Source: Chthonomonadales bacterium (GTDB lineage: Bacteria > Armatimonadota > Chthonomonadetes > Chthonomonadales > CAJBBX01). Taken from it: a stretch of DNA of 64,000 bases. Location of the stretch: positions 8,308-72,307 of the forward strand of contig JABWBA010000006.1 in NCBI GenBank assembly GCA_013360745.1. The letters run 5' to 3'. The position numbers and the translations under genes were made by a program. Of the stretch, positions 27,549 through 35,937 are shown one piece after another (within the stretch, counting starts at the first letter, position 1; each line of letters starts with the position of its first letter). Under the pieces are notes generated by a model. The model saw only the letters and a program-made list of their open reading frames with translations. It did not search any database and was not told the DNA's origin.

Positions 27549-28501
27549 CCGGGTGCGCCTCGGAGCGCGTCCTCGATGATGCGATCGAGCAGCTTCGGGA
27601 ACGGGATGCCCGCCGAGCGCGCGGCATCGGGCAGCAGGCTGGTCGGCGTCATCCCGGGGATCGTATTGATCTCGAGGAACCAGGGCTGGTCCCCCTCGAC
27701 GATCATGTCGACGCGGGACATGCCGCGGCAGCCCAGCAGCGCATGGGCCTGTTCGGCATACTTCGCCGCGAGGGCGCTCGCATTACGGGAGATGCGCGCG
27801 GGGATAATGTGTTCGCTGCCTCCCGGGGCGTACTTCGAATCGTAATCGTAGAATCTGCCCCTCGGCACGATCTCAATGATGGGCAGGATCTGTGGCGTCT
27901 CGGTCCCGAGGATGCCCACGGTGATCTCGGTCCCCCGCAGATAGGTCTCGATCAGCGCGTGGGTGTCGAGCGCAAAGACCGCGTCGATCGCGGCCGATAG
28001 TTCGCCCTCGTTGCGGACAATGGCGCAGCCGATTGCGCTCCCTTCATGGACCGGCTTGACGATGCAGGGGAAACCCGCCTGCTCGTCCACCATGATCGCC
28101 CGATTGCGGGCATCCTCCGGCGCGTCTCGCGACAGGACGATACCGCTCGGAACCGGGACGCCCTCCCCCACAAGCAACCGTTTGGTCTTATCTTTGTCCA
28201 TCGCCAGGGCGCTCGCGAGAACGCCCGAGCCAGTATAGCGGATGCCCATTTGTTCGAGCATTCCCTGCAGCGTTCCGTCCTCGCCGCCCCGGCCGTGGAG
28301 CGCGATAAAAGCGACATCGGGGCGCGTCTCGATCAGACGCTCAATCCAGCGGATGTCCTGCGGGTCGGCGCCCGTGTCGATGCCCTCGATAGTATACTGA
28401 TCGCGGGTGAGCGCGGCCATGATCTGCCGGCCCGTCGATAGCGAGACGTCCCGTTCGTTGGAGTGTCCACCCATAAGCACCGCGACGCGCACCTTCGACA
28501 T
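27545..28501 (-). CDS. ddl: D-alanine--D-alanine ligase
   Basis: 318 aa. MSKVRVAVLMGGHSNERDVSLSTG, HGRGGEDGTLQG, and the ATP-grasp C-terminal motif EINTIPGMT. Confidence 0.93.
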   Translation of the reverse strand: MSKVRVAVLMGGHSNERDVSLSTGRQIMAALTRDQYTIEGIDTGADPQDIRWIERLIETRPDVAFIALHGRGGEDGTLQGMLEQMGIRYTGSGVLASALAMDKDKTKRLLVGEGVPVPSGIVLSRDAPEDARNRAIMVDEQAGFPCIVKPVHEGSAIGCAIVRNEGELSAAIDAVFALDTHALIETYLRGTEITVGILGTETPQILPIIEIVPRGRFYDYDSKYAPGGSEHIIPARISRNASALAAKYAEQAHALLGCRGMSRVDMIVEGDQPWFLEINTIPGMTPTSLLPDAARSAGIPFPKLLDRIIEDALRGAPG

Positions 28502-28558
28502 TCAGAGGGCTCCTTTCGACATGCTGGCTAATCCTATGGTAGCACGGAGGTCCGGGCC

Positions 28559-29932
28559 ATGGACCGGATGACGCTCGGCTGGGTTGCTCAGGCGCTGGGC
28601 CTTGAGGCGCCCGATCGGGGCCATGTGCCGATCACCGGCGTCAGCATCGATACGCGTTCCGGCTGCGACGGCGCGCTTTTCATCGCGCTTCGCGGAGAAC
28701 GGACCGACGGCCACGCGTTCCTCGGTCAGGCTGCGGCTGCCAATGCCGCGGCAGCCATCGTCGCCCGTCCTGATCCTGTCGTGAACCTTCCGCAGCTAGT
28801 GGTCGATGATCCGCTTCTCGCCCTCGGCAAGCTCGCCCGAGCCTATGCGGATCGTTATAAGCTCGTCCGGATCGGGGTGACGGGCAGCGTCGGCAAGACA
28901 TCCGTTCGGGCGATGATCGGGACGATTCTGGCCACGCGGTTTGCAGTTTGCGCATCGCTTGGCAACCATAATAACGAGATCGGGGTACCCCTGACGCTCC
29001 TGTCTCTTGAGGGGCGGCACACGGCTCTCGTTACGGAACTCGCCATGCGCGGCTCCGGCCAGATCGCCTACCTTGCGGAGATGGTCCAACCCTCCATCGG
29101 CGTCATCACCAGTATCGGGGTCTCGCACATCGAGCTTCTCGGCACCCGGGAACGCATCGCGCAGGCCAAAGCCGAGCTCCTCGATGCCCTGCCCCGTGAC
29201 GGAACGGCGGTTCTGCCTGCGGACGACCCGTACCTATCGTTTCTCAAGGAGCGGGCTCCGGCGGACATCCGGACCTTCGGGTTTGCGTCGGCCGCCGACT
29301 TCGTCTGTAGGGCCTCCGCGCCGGGCCCGAACGGCGAGGCCCGGTTCACGGTCAACGGCGTCGGATTTGAGATCGGAGCGCCGGGCGTCCATCATGCGCG
29401 AAACGGGGCTGCAGCCTGCGCCGCAGCCGCCGCTCTCGGCCTTTCGGTCGAGGATTGTGCGGAGGCTCTTCAGGGCTTTCGCACGCCCGAAATGCGGATG
29501 GAAGCCCTCCGTGCGCCCGGGGATATTCTGGTGCTCAACGATGCCTATAACGCCGCGCCCGATTCCGTCCGCGCGGCGCTGGATACCCTGGCGGAAACCG
29601 CGCGCGCCACAGGAAGGCGTCCGATCGCCGTACTCGGAGACATGAAGGAGCTCGGCGCATACGTGGAGGACGCCCACCGTCAGGCTATCGAAGCCGCAGA
29701 CCGATCGGGCGTCCATCTCCTCGTCGCTGTGGGATCGTCGATGGCCGATGCGCATGCGCGGGCAGGATCATCTGCCGTCGCCGCCGTACTATATCCCGAT
29801 AGCACGTCGGCCGCGGATCGTATCCGACGGCTGGTCCAGGCCGGCGATGTCGTGCTCGTCAAGGGTTCTCGAGCGATGGAGCTCGATCGGGTCGTCCAGC
29901 GGTTGATGCAAGGCGGAGAGGCGGAACCGTGA
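28559..29932 (+). CDS. murF: UDP-N-acetylmuramoyl-tripeptide--D-alanyl-D-alanine ligase
   Basis: 457 aa. P-loop GVTGSVGKTS, NNEIGVPLT, and Mur-ligase C-terminal features (LNDAYNAAPDS, LGDMKELG). Confidence 0.92.
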   Translation: MDRMTLGWVAQALGLEAPDRGHVPITGVSIDTRSGCDGALFIALRGERTDGHAFLGQAAAANAAAAIVARPDPVVNLPQLVVDDPLLALGKLARAYADRYKLVRIGVTGSVGKTSVRAMIGTILATRFAVCASLGNHNNEIGVPLTLLSLEGRHTALVTELAMRGSGQIAYLAEMVQPSIGVITSIGVSHIELLGTRERIAQAKAELLDALPRDGTAVLPADDPYLSFLKERAPADIRTFGFASAADFVCRASAPGPNGEARFTVNGVGFEIGAPGVHHARNGAAACAAAAALGLSVEDCAEALQGFRTPEMRMEALRAPGDILVLNDAYNAAPDSVRAALDTLAETARATGRRPIAVLGDMKELGAYVEDAHRQAIEAADRSGVHLLVAVGSSMADAHARAGSSAVAAVLYPDSTSAADRIRRLVQAGDVVLVKGSRAMELDRVVQRLMQGGEAEP

Positions 29933-29957
29933 TCCCGGTTCCGCCGTGGAAGGATCA

Positions 29958-30029
29958 AGCCGACGCGCGGATTCGAACCGCGGACCTGCTCATTACGAGT
30001 GAGCTGCTCTACCACTGAGCCACGTCGGC
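29958..30029 (-). tRNA. tRNA-Thr (anticodon CGU)
   Basis: The reverse complement folds by hand as GCCGACG TG GCTC AGTGGTA GAGC A GCTCA CTCGTAA TGAGC AGGTC CGCGG TTCGAAT CCGCG CGTCGGC T. All four stems pair and the anticodon loop is CU-CGU-AA. No CCA is encoded. Confidence 0.92.
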
Positions 30030-30037
30030 AATGGCCA

Positions 30038-30110
30038 TGCCGCGGACCGGATTTGAACCAGTGACACGTGGATTTTCAGTCCACTGCTCTACCAACTGAG
30101 CTACCGCGGC
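30038..30110 (-). tRNA. tRNA-Phe (anticodon GAA)
   Basis: The reverse complement is GCCGCGG TA GCTC AGTTGGTA GAGC A GTGGA CTGAAAA TCCAC GTGTC ACTGG TTCAAAT CCGGT CCGCGGC A. It forms a cloverleaf with one G-U pair in the T stem. No CCA is encoded. Confidence 0.92.
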
Positions 30111-30124
30111 GTGCGGCACCGGAG

Positions 30125-30154
30125 AGTATACACATGGCGAATACCCGAAGTCAA
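30125..30154 (-). promoter_or_regulatory. promoter candidate for the tRNA-Phe/tRNA-Thr pair (TTGACT-18 nt-TATACT)
   Basis: On the minus strand, TTGACT is the complement of 30149-30154 and TATACT the complement of 30125-30130, with an 18-nt spacer. The -10 element ends 14 nt before the tRNA-Phe 5' end. Confidence 0.5.
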
Positions 30155-31147
30155 GAAGCGATCCCAACAGCCCTTACCGGAATCATCGCGCCGATGTACA
30201 CGCCGGTGCACCGGGACGGCGCCATCGACGACGTCGGCGTGCGGGCGATGGTGGAGTGGCTGGCCGATCGGCGATGTGTCCGTTCCGTCTTCGCACGGAG
30301 CGGGATGGGCAAGATGTTCACGTTCACCGTCGACGAGACCATGCGGTTCGCCTCGATGGTACAGGAAGCGAATGCCGGGCGTATGGGCCTCCTACTGGGA
30401 TCGGGCGGCGAATGGCTGGGGCAGCGTGAAGGCGGCAGGGCGGAGTTCGACACCTATGTCGGCCAGGCCATCCATTTGACCCGTTTCGCCGGGAGCATCG
30501 GCGCCGACGCGGCCGTGCATGTGCTCCCTGCCGCGATCGACCCCGCGGCGGGCGAGAGCCATGCAGACCTGGTCTATCGGTACTACCGGGCGATCGACGA
30601 AGAGACCGAAACACCGGTAGTCCTGTACCAGCCGGGCGGCATGCCTGAGCCGTATCGCCTGACACCCGCCCTGATGGGCCGCCTCCTGGAGCTGCCCGGG
30701 ATCGTCGGCCTGAAGCTCTCGACCGATGATGATTCCGTCTTCGACCCGATCGCTGACGTGGTGCGGGATCATCCGTTCGCCTTCATCTGCGGCCACGAAG
30801 GGTATTATGCTCGGGGACTTCGGAAAGGCGCCGTCGGTGTCATCGGCCAGGGATGCAACGGATATCCGGAGATCCTCGCGGCGGCTGAGGCGCGGGAACG
30901 TGCGGGAGATCCATCCGGGGCCGACCGTGCGATGGACGATGTATGGCGTGGATTGGACGCCACGAACGGACTGGATAGCTCGGTGGCGCTGAAGCAGTAC
31001 ATCGCGAGTCAGGGATATGCGGTGCAGCCCTATGACCGGAGCGGCAGCGAGCCCTGTGATGATGCGACGGTTCAACGGTTGCGTACGGCGTTGAACCGCC
31101 TGCGCGGTCCCTACTGCGAGGAGCTGGGGCTTCCATGTCCTGTCTGA
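30134..31147 (+). CDS. dihydrodipicolinate synthase / N-acetylneuraminate lyase family (class I aldolase) protein
   Basis: Same frame as ORF 30068..31147. I moved the start to ATG 30134 (GGAGAG at 30121), because the longer form overlaps tRNA-Phe. Contains GIIAPMYTP, VLYQPGG (Tyr motif) and GLKLST (Schiff-base Lys position). Confidence 0.7.
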   Translation: MANTRSQEAIPTALTGIIAPMYTPVHRDGAIDDVGVRAMVEWLADRRCVRSVFARSGMGKMFTFTVDETMRFASMVQEANAGRMGLLLGSGGEWLGQREGGRAEFDTYVGQAIHLTRFAGSIGADAAVHVLPAAIDPAAGESHADLVYRYYRAIDEETETPVVLYQPGGMPEPYRLTPALMGRLLELPGIVGLKLSTDDDSVFDPIADVVRDHPFAFICGHEGYYARGLRKGAVGVIGQGCNGYPEILAAAEARERAGDPSGADRAMDDVWRGLDATNGLDSSVALKQYIASQGYAVQPYDRSGSEPCDDATVQRLRTALNRLRGPYCEELGLPCPV

Positions 31148-31217
31148 AACGGCGCCGTGCTGTGGTACGAAACGGAGCCGCTCGAAGCTTATCTACCCCG
31201 GGTGCAAGGAGCAGAGA

Positions 31218-32000
31218 ATGGGATTGATGGACGGTCGGCGTGCGCTGGTCGCCGGAGCGCGCAACAAATGGAGTATCGGCTGGCACTGCGCCGCGTCGCT
31301 TCTGCGCGAGGGCGCTGAGGTCGGTTTCTCCGTGTTCAGCGAGCGAGAGGCGCGGGATATCGCGGATCTTGCCGCGGAGGCTGGCCATCCAGATGCCCCG
31401 ATCTTCACCTGCAACGCCACCAGCGCCGAGGATGTGGAGCGGCTGTTCGCGTCGGTGGCGGAGCGGTTCGATGGCCGCCTGGACGGCCTGATCCACAGCA
31501 TCGCGTTCGCGCCGCGAGAGGCTCTCAGCGGCGACTACATCGATACAAGCGGTACGGCCTTCTCCGTTGCGATGGACAGCAGCGTCTATACGCTCATTGC
31601 CCTGGCAAGGGGTGCGAGGCCGTTGATGGCCGCCGCCGGCGGAGGTGGGATCGTCACCCTCTCCTACCTTGGCGGCGATCGGGTCATCCCCCGCTACAAC
31701 GTAATGGGCGTATGCAAAGCCGCGCTCGAATCGACGGTACGGTATCTGGCGTGCGATCTCGGGCCGGAGAACATCCGGGTCAATGCGGTCTCCGCGGGCC
31801 CGATCAAGACCCTGGCTGCGCAGGGGGTGCAGGGGTTCAACGCCATGCTGGAGCAGGTCGCCGATCGCTGCCCGATGAAGCGCAAGGTCACCGCGGACGA
31901 GGTGGGAGACGCCGCGCTGTTTCTGCTCAGCCCGCTGGCCCGGGGTATCACCGGCGAGACGTTGTTCGTCGATGCCGGCTACAACATCATGGGGATGTAG
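31218..32000 (+). CDS. fabI: enoyl-[acyl-carrier-protein] reductase (NADH)
   Basis: 260 aa. LVAGARNKWSIGWHCAASLLREGAEV, catalytic YNVMGVCKAALES (Y-x6-K), and GPIKTLAA. Confidence 0.92.
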   Translation: MGLMDGRRALVAGARNKWSIGWHCAASLLREGAEVGFSVFSEREARDIADLAAEAGHPDAPIFTCNATSAEDVERLFASVAERFDGRLDGLIHSIAFAPREALSGDYIDTSGTAFSVAMDSSVYTLIALARGARPLMAAAGGGGIVTLSYLGGDRVIPRYNVMGVCKAALESTVRYLACDLGPENIRVNAVSAGPIKTLAAQGVQGFNAMLEQVADRCPMKRKVTADEVGDAALFLLSPLARGITGETLFVDAGYNIMGM

Positions 32001-32019
32001 TCGGGGCGGGAGCGGCCTG

Positions 32020-32577
32020 TTGACACCCGATCGTTCCGCCGCATGGGCTCTCCTGACGGAGTACACGAAGAGCCCGAGCCTGATCGGCCATGCGCTGGCC
32101 GTTGAGGCCGCCATGCGACACTACGCCCCAGTCTTCGATGGCGACCCCGACCTCTGGGGCGTCGTCGGTCTGATCCACGATTTCGACTATGAACGGTGGC
32201 CGACCGCTCCCGACCACCCCGAGCAGGGTATGGCGATCCTCCGCGAGCGCGGGTGGCCGGAGGATCTGATCGCCGTGATCGGCAGCCATGCGGACTATAC
32301 GGGCATACCCCGAACGACGCCGATGGCGCGGGCGCTCTTCGCGGTCGACGAACTATGCGGTTTCATCACGGCTGTCGCCTACGTCCGGCCGTCGCGCAAG
32401 GTTGCGGATGTCGAGGTGGCCTCCGTGAAAAAGAAGATGAAGGATAAGGCGTTTGCGCGATCGGTTTCCCGTGAGGATATCGTCACGGGCGCGGCCGAAC
32501 TGGGGATAGGCCTCGATGACCATATCGGCAACTGCATCGCGGCGATGGCCGCCGTCGCCGATACGCTGGGGCTATAG
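32020..32577 (+). CDS. HD-domain (HDIG-like) phosphohydrolase
   Basis: Same frame as ORF 31972..32577. The longer form overlaps the fabI 3' end, so I propose TTG 32020 (uncertain). Contains GHALAVEAAM and GLIHDFDYE (H...HD metal ligands). Confidence 0.7.
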   Translation: MTPDRSAAWALLTEYTKSPSLIGHALAVEAAMRHYAPVFDGDPDLWGVVGLIHDFDYERWPTAPDHPEQGMAILRERGWPEDLIAVIGSHADYTGIPRTTPMARALFAVDELCGFITAVAYVRPSRKVADVEVASVKKKMKDKAFARSVSREDIVTGAAELGIGLDDHIGNCIAAMAAVADTLGL

Positions 32578-32586
32578 CCAGCTGCC

Positions 32587-32835
32587 ATGAACGCGCTCTA
32601 TGCCGAATGGCTTCGCTGGGCGTTCCTCATCGTCGGCGGGGCTGTGACGCTCGTGTGCGGGTGGATCGCCGTCCGCTCCGTGCGCCGTCTGAACAAACGG
32701 ATCGCGGAGTTCGAAGCCGAGCTCGGCGAGCGGGACGGGGCGCCGATGAATCCGTATGCCGCGCTGGCGGATCTATACAGCGAGGCCGATCGGGAGAAGA
32801 CGTCGGCGGCGAAGCGAGGTCGGGCGGGCAGTTAG
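32587..32835 (+). CDS. small membrane-anchored protein (hypothetical)
   Basis: 82 aa with one TM segment (WAFLIVGGAVTLVCGWIAV), followed by a charged helix. It lies 9 nt after the HD gene. Confidence 0.4.
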   Translation: MNALYAEWLRWAFLIVGGAVTLVCGWIAVRSVRRLNKRIAEFEAELGERDGAPMNPYAALADLYSEADREKTSAAKRGRAGS

Positions 32836-32841
32836 CCCCGT

Positions 32842-33153
32842 CTACTCGTCTTCGGGCAGGACATCGTCCTCGCTGTCATCCGGATCGATCAACTCATCCT
32901 CGTCGTCATCCTGAGCGTTATGATCGGTTGGACTGGCTGAGCCCTTCACTGCCCACGGCGATTCGGTGCGGCCGGCCCTTGTCGCTTCCGTGTCCAGGAG
33001 GCGATCCGGCATGCCGGGCAACCGTTGCTTCTGCCGGCACTCCTCGCATTCAAACTGGACTTTCGCGTTGATCAGCCATCGTGGAATCGTGGGGATCGGG
33101 TTGCCGCATTCGCAGCAAAGCACCTCGAGGGGCTTGGTTTTCGACCGGGTCAT
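32842..33153 (-). CDS. zinc-ribbon protein with polyacidic C-terminal tail (hypothetical)
   Basis: 103 aa. CCECG...CEEC gives four Cys in two CxxC pairs. The tail is DDDEDELIDPDDSEDDVLPEDE. Its ATG overlaps the upstream stop (ATGA at 33150-33153). Confidence 0.55.
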   Translation of the reverse strand: MTRSKTKPLEVLCCECGNPIPTIPRWLINAKVQFECEECRQKQRLPGMPDRLLDTEATRAGRTESPWAVKGSASPTDHNAQDDDEDELIDPDDSEDDVLPEDE

Positions 33154-33449
33154 TGGGAGGCGCTCCGTTCCGGGTTGGCCGGTTCCTTGTCGGGTGGATG
33201 ATGTTGCATCGCTTTCCTACGTTCGGCATCCTGGCGGTGCGAGAGCTTGATCGACAGCCAGCCGTTGACCAGCATCACGACCGCGGCGACCAAATATAAG
33301 GCCCAGCCGTGATGATTGGTCGGCATACCGGGCTCCGAGAGCCATCGATTACCGCGGATCATCCCGCCGATCGCGATGATCACCAGCGCAATCGCCGTCA
33401 GGATAAAGCCATTCAAGTCGCGCAGACGCACCCATCCATCCTGTTGCAC
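33150..33449 (-). CDS. two-TM membrane protein (hypothetical)
   Basis: 99 aa with a GTG start. Hydrophobic segments FILTAIALVIIAIGGMI and WALYLVAAVVMLVNGWL. No convincing SD. An AT-rich patch lies upstream at 33450-33475. Confidence 0.45.
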   Translation of the reverse strand: MQQDGWVRLRDLNGFILTAIALVIIAIGGMIRGNRWLSEPGMPTNHHGWALYLVAAVVMLVNGWLSIKLSHRQDAERRKAMQHHPPDKEPANPERSASQ

Positions 33450-33579
33450 ATTGTGTGTATTGTCTATGATATCCTCCAGAGCCCCGAGCTGTCAACGGAG
33501 CGCGTGCCGGGTCGCTGGGCGCCCGGCGCAGCACAGCAGCCTCTCTGGGCCCGGTGGTCGGTTTCGCGGCCAGGGGCGT

Positions 33580-35937
33580 CTACGCCAATCCCCATCGGCG
33601 TCGGAGGATCCATTCGACGCTGAGCAGGCCCAGACAGAGCCCGAGCAGGGCCGGAGCGTTCCAGAGATCCCGCTCCTCGACGCTCCGGAATCTCAGCAGA
33701 ATCCGTTTCTGCCGCCACACCCAACCTGCGACATCCTCCGGCTCCATGAACGTCCCTCCTGAGACGCGGGCTATCTGCTTGAGGAGGTCGTCGTGCCGCT
33801 CCGGCTGCTGCAGTTCCACGGCTGCATCGCGGACGATGTACCGGGCGTACACTTCGGGGCCGCTGATCTGCTCACTCATCAGCGTTGCCCGGTGGCTACC
33901 GATCTCGCCTGCCTCCGCGGTACCGGTATACACTCCGGGTGATCCGGGCAGCGGCTTAAGCCGAACGGTCCGTGGTGACCGACCCCGGCCGTCTCCCTCG
34001 CGGCTCAAGCGGACGGCCACGTTGGCCCGATCCATCGGCCGATAGAACTCGTCGAGCACGCGCGCTGTCAACCCGACTCGGTCGCCCGGACGATACTCGC
34101 TCTCGTCGACGCTCAGCTGGGCGCGTTTGTTGCCGCCCGGATTATCCCTCGGCGTCATCGTACGGAGGATCTGCCCCCAGAACCGATAGAAGTATCGGTC
34201 GCCGACGCGCCAACGCCATCGCCAGGTGCTGTCGGTCATCGTCATCAGACAACGTCCTGCGCCGAACGGCTGGACCGCCAGCGCGGGCATGCCGGTGGCG
34301 GAGTTGACTGCGAGCGCCGTGGCTCCGGGCCGAAGGCCGCGACTGCTGCACATCCACAGCATCCCGGGGAGCTCCTGCCAGATGCGACGGTTCTCCTCCG
34401 GGTTCGGTGCGAGCGAGAGGATGGGATCCTGCGCCCCATAATCGGTTGGGGCGAGCCGGAACGGCTGGTCGGCGGTTACCGCCGATGGGACACCCGAAAA
34501 ACGGAAGGGTAGGACCGGCTCGAGCAGAGCGCCGGCGTACTCGTGGGGCATATGTCGTTCGCCGGCGATGACGATCAGGCTGCCGCCCCGATCCTCCACG
34601 AACCGTCGGAGATTGCGGAGCTCACTGTCGCCGAACATGACCCTTGGCACGTCGCCGAGGACCACGACATCGTAGGAGAAGAGGTCGTCGAGCTTCTCCG
34701 GGAACGACCGGACCGGCAGATTGCCCCGTGCGGTCGGCGCCCCTTCGTCATCAACGGTAAAGCAGGCGAAACCGATCTGATCGTCGCGGAGGATCGCGTT
34801 CTTCAGATAACGGTATTCCCAGCGCGGCTCTCCTTCGATGTACAGGACCCGAAGCTTCTTGTCCACCACCTGCTGGAGGAACGCCTTGCGGTTGTTGGTG
34901 TGCAGGGCTTCGCCGCCCAGCATGCTCACCCTCACTCTCAGCGCGCCATCCCCGGTCGTCTTGGGGGTATAGGTCAGCGGCACGTTCGCTCGGGCCTCTC
35001 CGGACCGCAACGCGACTTGCCTTGAGGCGAGGACGGTCCCGCTGCGATCGAGGCTAACCGTGACCGTCCGACCGCCGTAGCCCCGTTGCGTGAGTCCGGC
35101 CGTGATCCGGACCTCGGCTCCCTTGCGGACCACCCGATCCGCGAGGACGTCGACGATCGCCAGATCCTTCGTCGGCGTCGGGTCGCCGATGCCGACCGTG
35201 TGGATGGGAACGCCCAGGCTGCCCGCCTTTTTGGCCCACGAGACCGGATCGTCACCGCCGTTCGAGCCGCCATCGGTCAGAAGGAGGATGCCCGCAAGCG
35301 CCGAGCCCGAGGTATGATCGAGGATGTCCCGGATGGCGTCGCCGATCCGCGTTGCACCTGTTCGGGGGTTGCCCGCTGTGATCGTCGATCGGCGCTCCGT
35401 TCTGAACGCGCTCCGCTCGACCGGCGAGACCGTTTCGCCGAAGGTGAAGAGCTTGAGTGCGAACGTGCGGCCGAGGCGATCCACTGACGAGGCTGGTGGG
35501 TCTCCGTTTGACTTGCCCGTCTTCGCGAGCGTCAGCGTACGGATCGCGCGGCGCAGGCGGGGCGTCGTGCGGGGATCGGCGCCGAGCGTTCGTTCCGATC
35601 GTGCCGCGGCCTCCGCCCGGGTTCGCGGGTCCGTCAGCGCCATGCTGCCGGAGACATCGATGCCGACCGCCAGGCTTTTCGGCTGGCGCTGCACACGAGT
35701 GATCGTCGACACAGGGCGCAGCAGGGCCAACAGCACGCAGGCCACGGCAGCTAGTCGGAGCAGCGAGAGAAGGACAAGGCGACCTCGCCCGACTGCTGGT
35801 CCGTTCAGCCGGGCGATCCACAGCCAGAGCGCGGCGATCGCCAGGACCGCAGCGGCCAGGGAGGGCCTCCAGCCCGTCAGGATCACGCTCGAATCGCGCG
35901 AAGCGAGCGCCGCCAACCCGTGCAGGAGGTCGTTCAC
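33580..35937 (-). CDS. membrane-anchored vWA-domain protein with class-I glutamine-amidotransferase-like domain
   Basis: 785 aa. N-terminal TM pair, MIDAS motif GIDVSGSM, LLLTDGGSNGG. The later LRVLYIEGEPRWEYRYLKNAI...DVVVLGDVP...GGSLIVIAG segment is a GATase1-like fold. C-terminal TM is ALLGLCLGLLSV. The GTG start overlaps the upstream stop (GTGA at 35934-35937). Confidence 0.75.
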   Translation of the reverse strand: MNDLLHGLAALASRDSSVILTGWRPSLAAAVLAIAALWLWIARLNGPAVGRGRLVLLSLLRLAAVACVLLALLRPVSTITRVQRQPKSLAVGIDVSGSMALTDPRTRAEAAARSERTLGADPRTTPRLRRAIRTLTLAKTGKSNGDPPASSVDRLGRTFALKLFTFGETVSPVERSAFRTERRSTITAGNPRTGATRIGDAIRDILDHTSGSALAGILLLTDGGSNGGDDPVSWAKKAGSLGVPIHTVGIGDPTPTKDLAIVDVLADRVVRKGAEVRITAGLTQRGYGGRTVTVSLDRSGTVLASRQVALRSGEARANVPLTYTPKTTGDGALRVRVSMLGGEALHTNNRKAFLQQVVDKKLRVLYIEGEPRWEYRYLKNAILRDDQIGFACFTVDDEGAPTARGNLPVRSFPEKLDDLFSYDVVVLGDVPRVMFGDSELRNLRRFVEDRGGSLIVIAGERHMPHEYAGALLEPVLPFRFSGVPSAVTADQPFRLAPTDYGAQDPILSLAPNPEENRRIWQELPGMLWMCSSRGLRPGATALAVNSATGMPALAVQPFGAGRCLMTMTDSTWRWRWRVGDRYFYRFWGQILRTMTPRDNPGGNKRAQLSVDESEYRPGDRVGLTARVLDEFYRPMDRANVAVRLSREGDGRGRSPRTVRLKPLPGSPGVYTGTAEAGEIGSHRATLMSEQISGPEVYARYIVRDAAVELQQPERHDDLLKQIARVSGGTFMEPEDVAGWVWRQKRILLRFRSVEERDLWNAPALLGLCLGLLSVEWILRRRWGLA

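Noticed and set aside
29680-30133. ORFs 29680..30015 (-) and the first 66 nt of 30068..31147 (+), which overlap the tRNA genes.
   Set aside because: Their translations read through tRNA sequence (for example ...VRGSNPRVGL). The tRNA cloverleaves are unambiguous.
33444-33475. Possible plus-strand promoter (TTGCAC ... TATGAT) in the AT-rich patch, which would drive antisense transcription into the MoxR locus.
   Set aside because: The spacer is only about 15 nt and the -35 element is poor. The patch is more simply explained as upstream DNA of the minus-strand two-TM gene. It is mentioned under that finding only.
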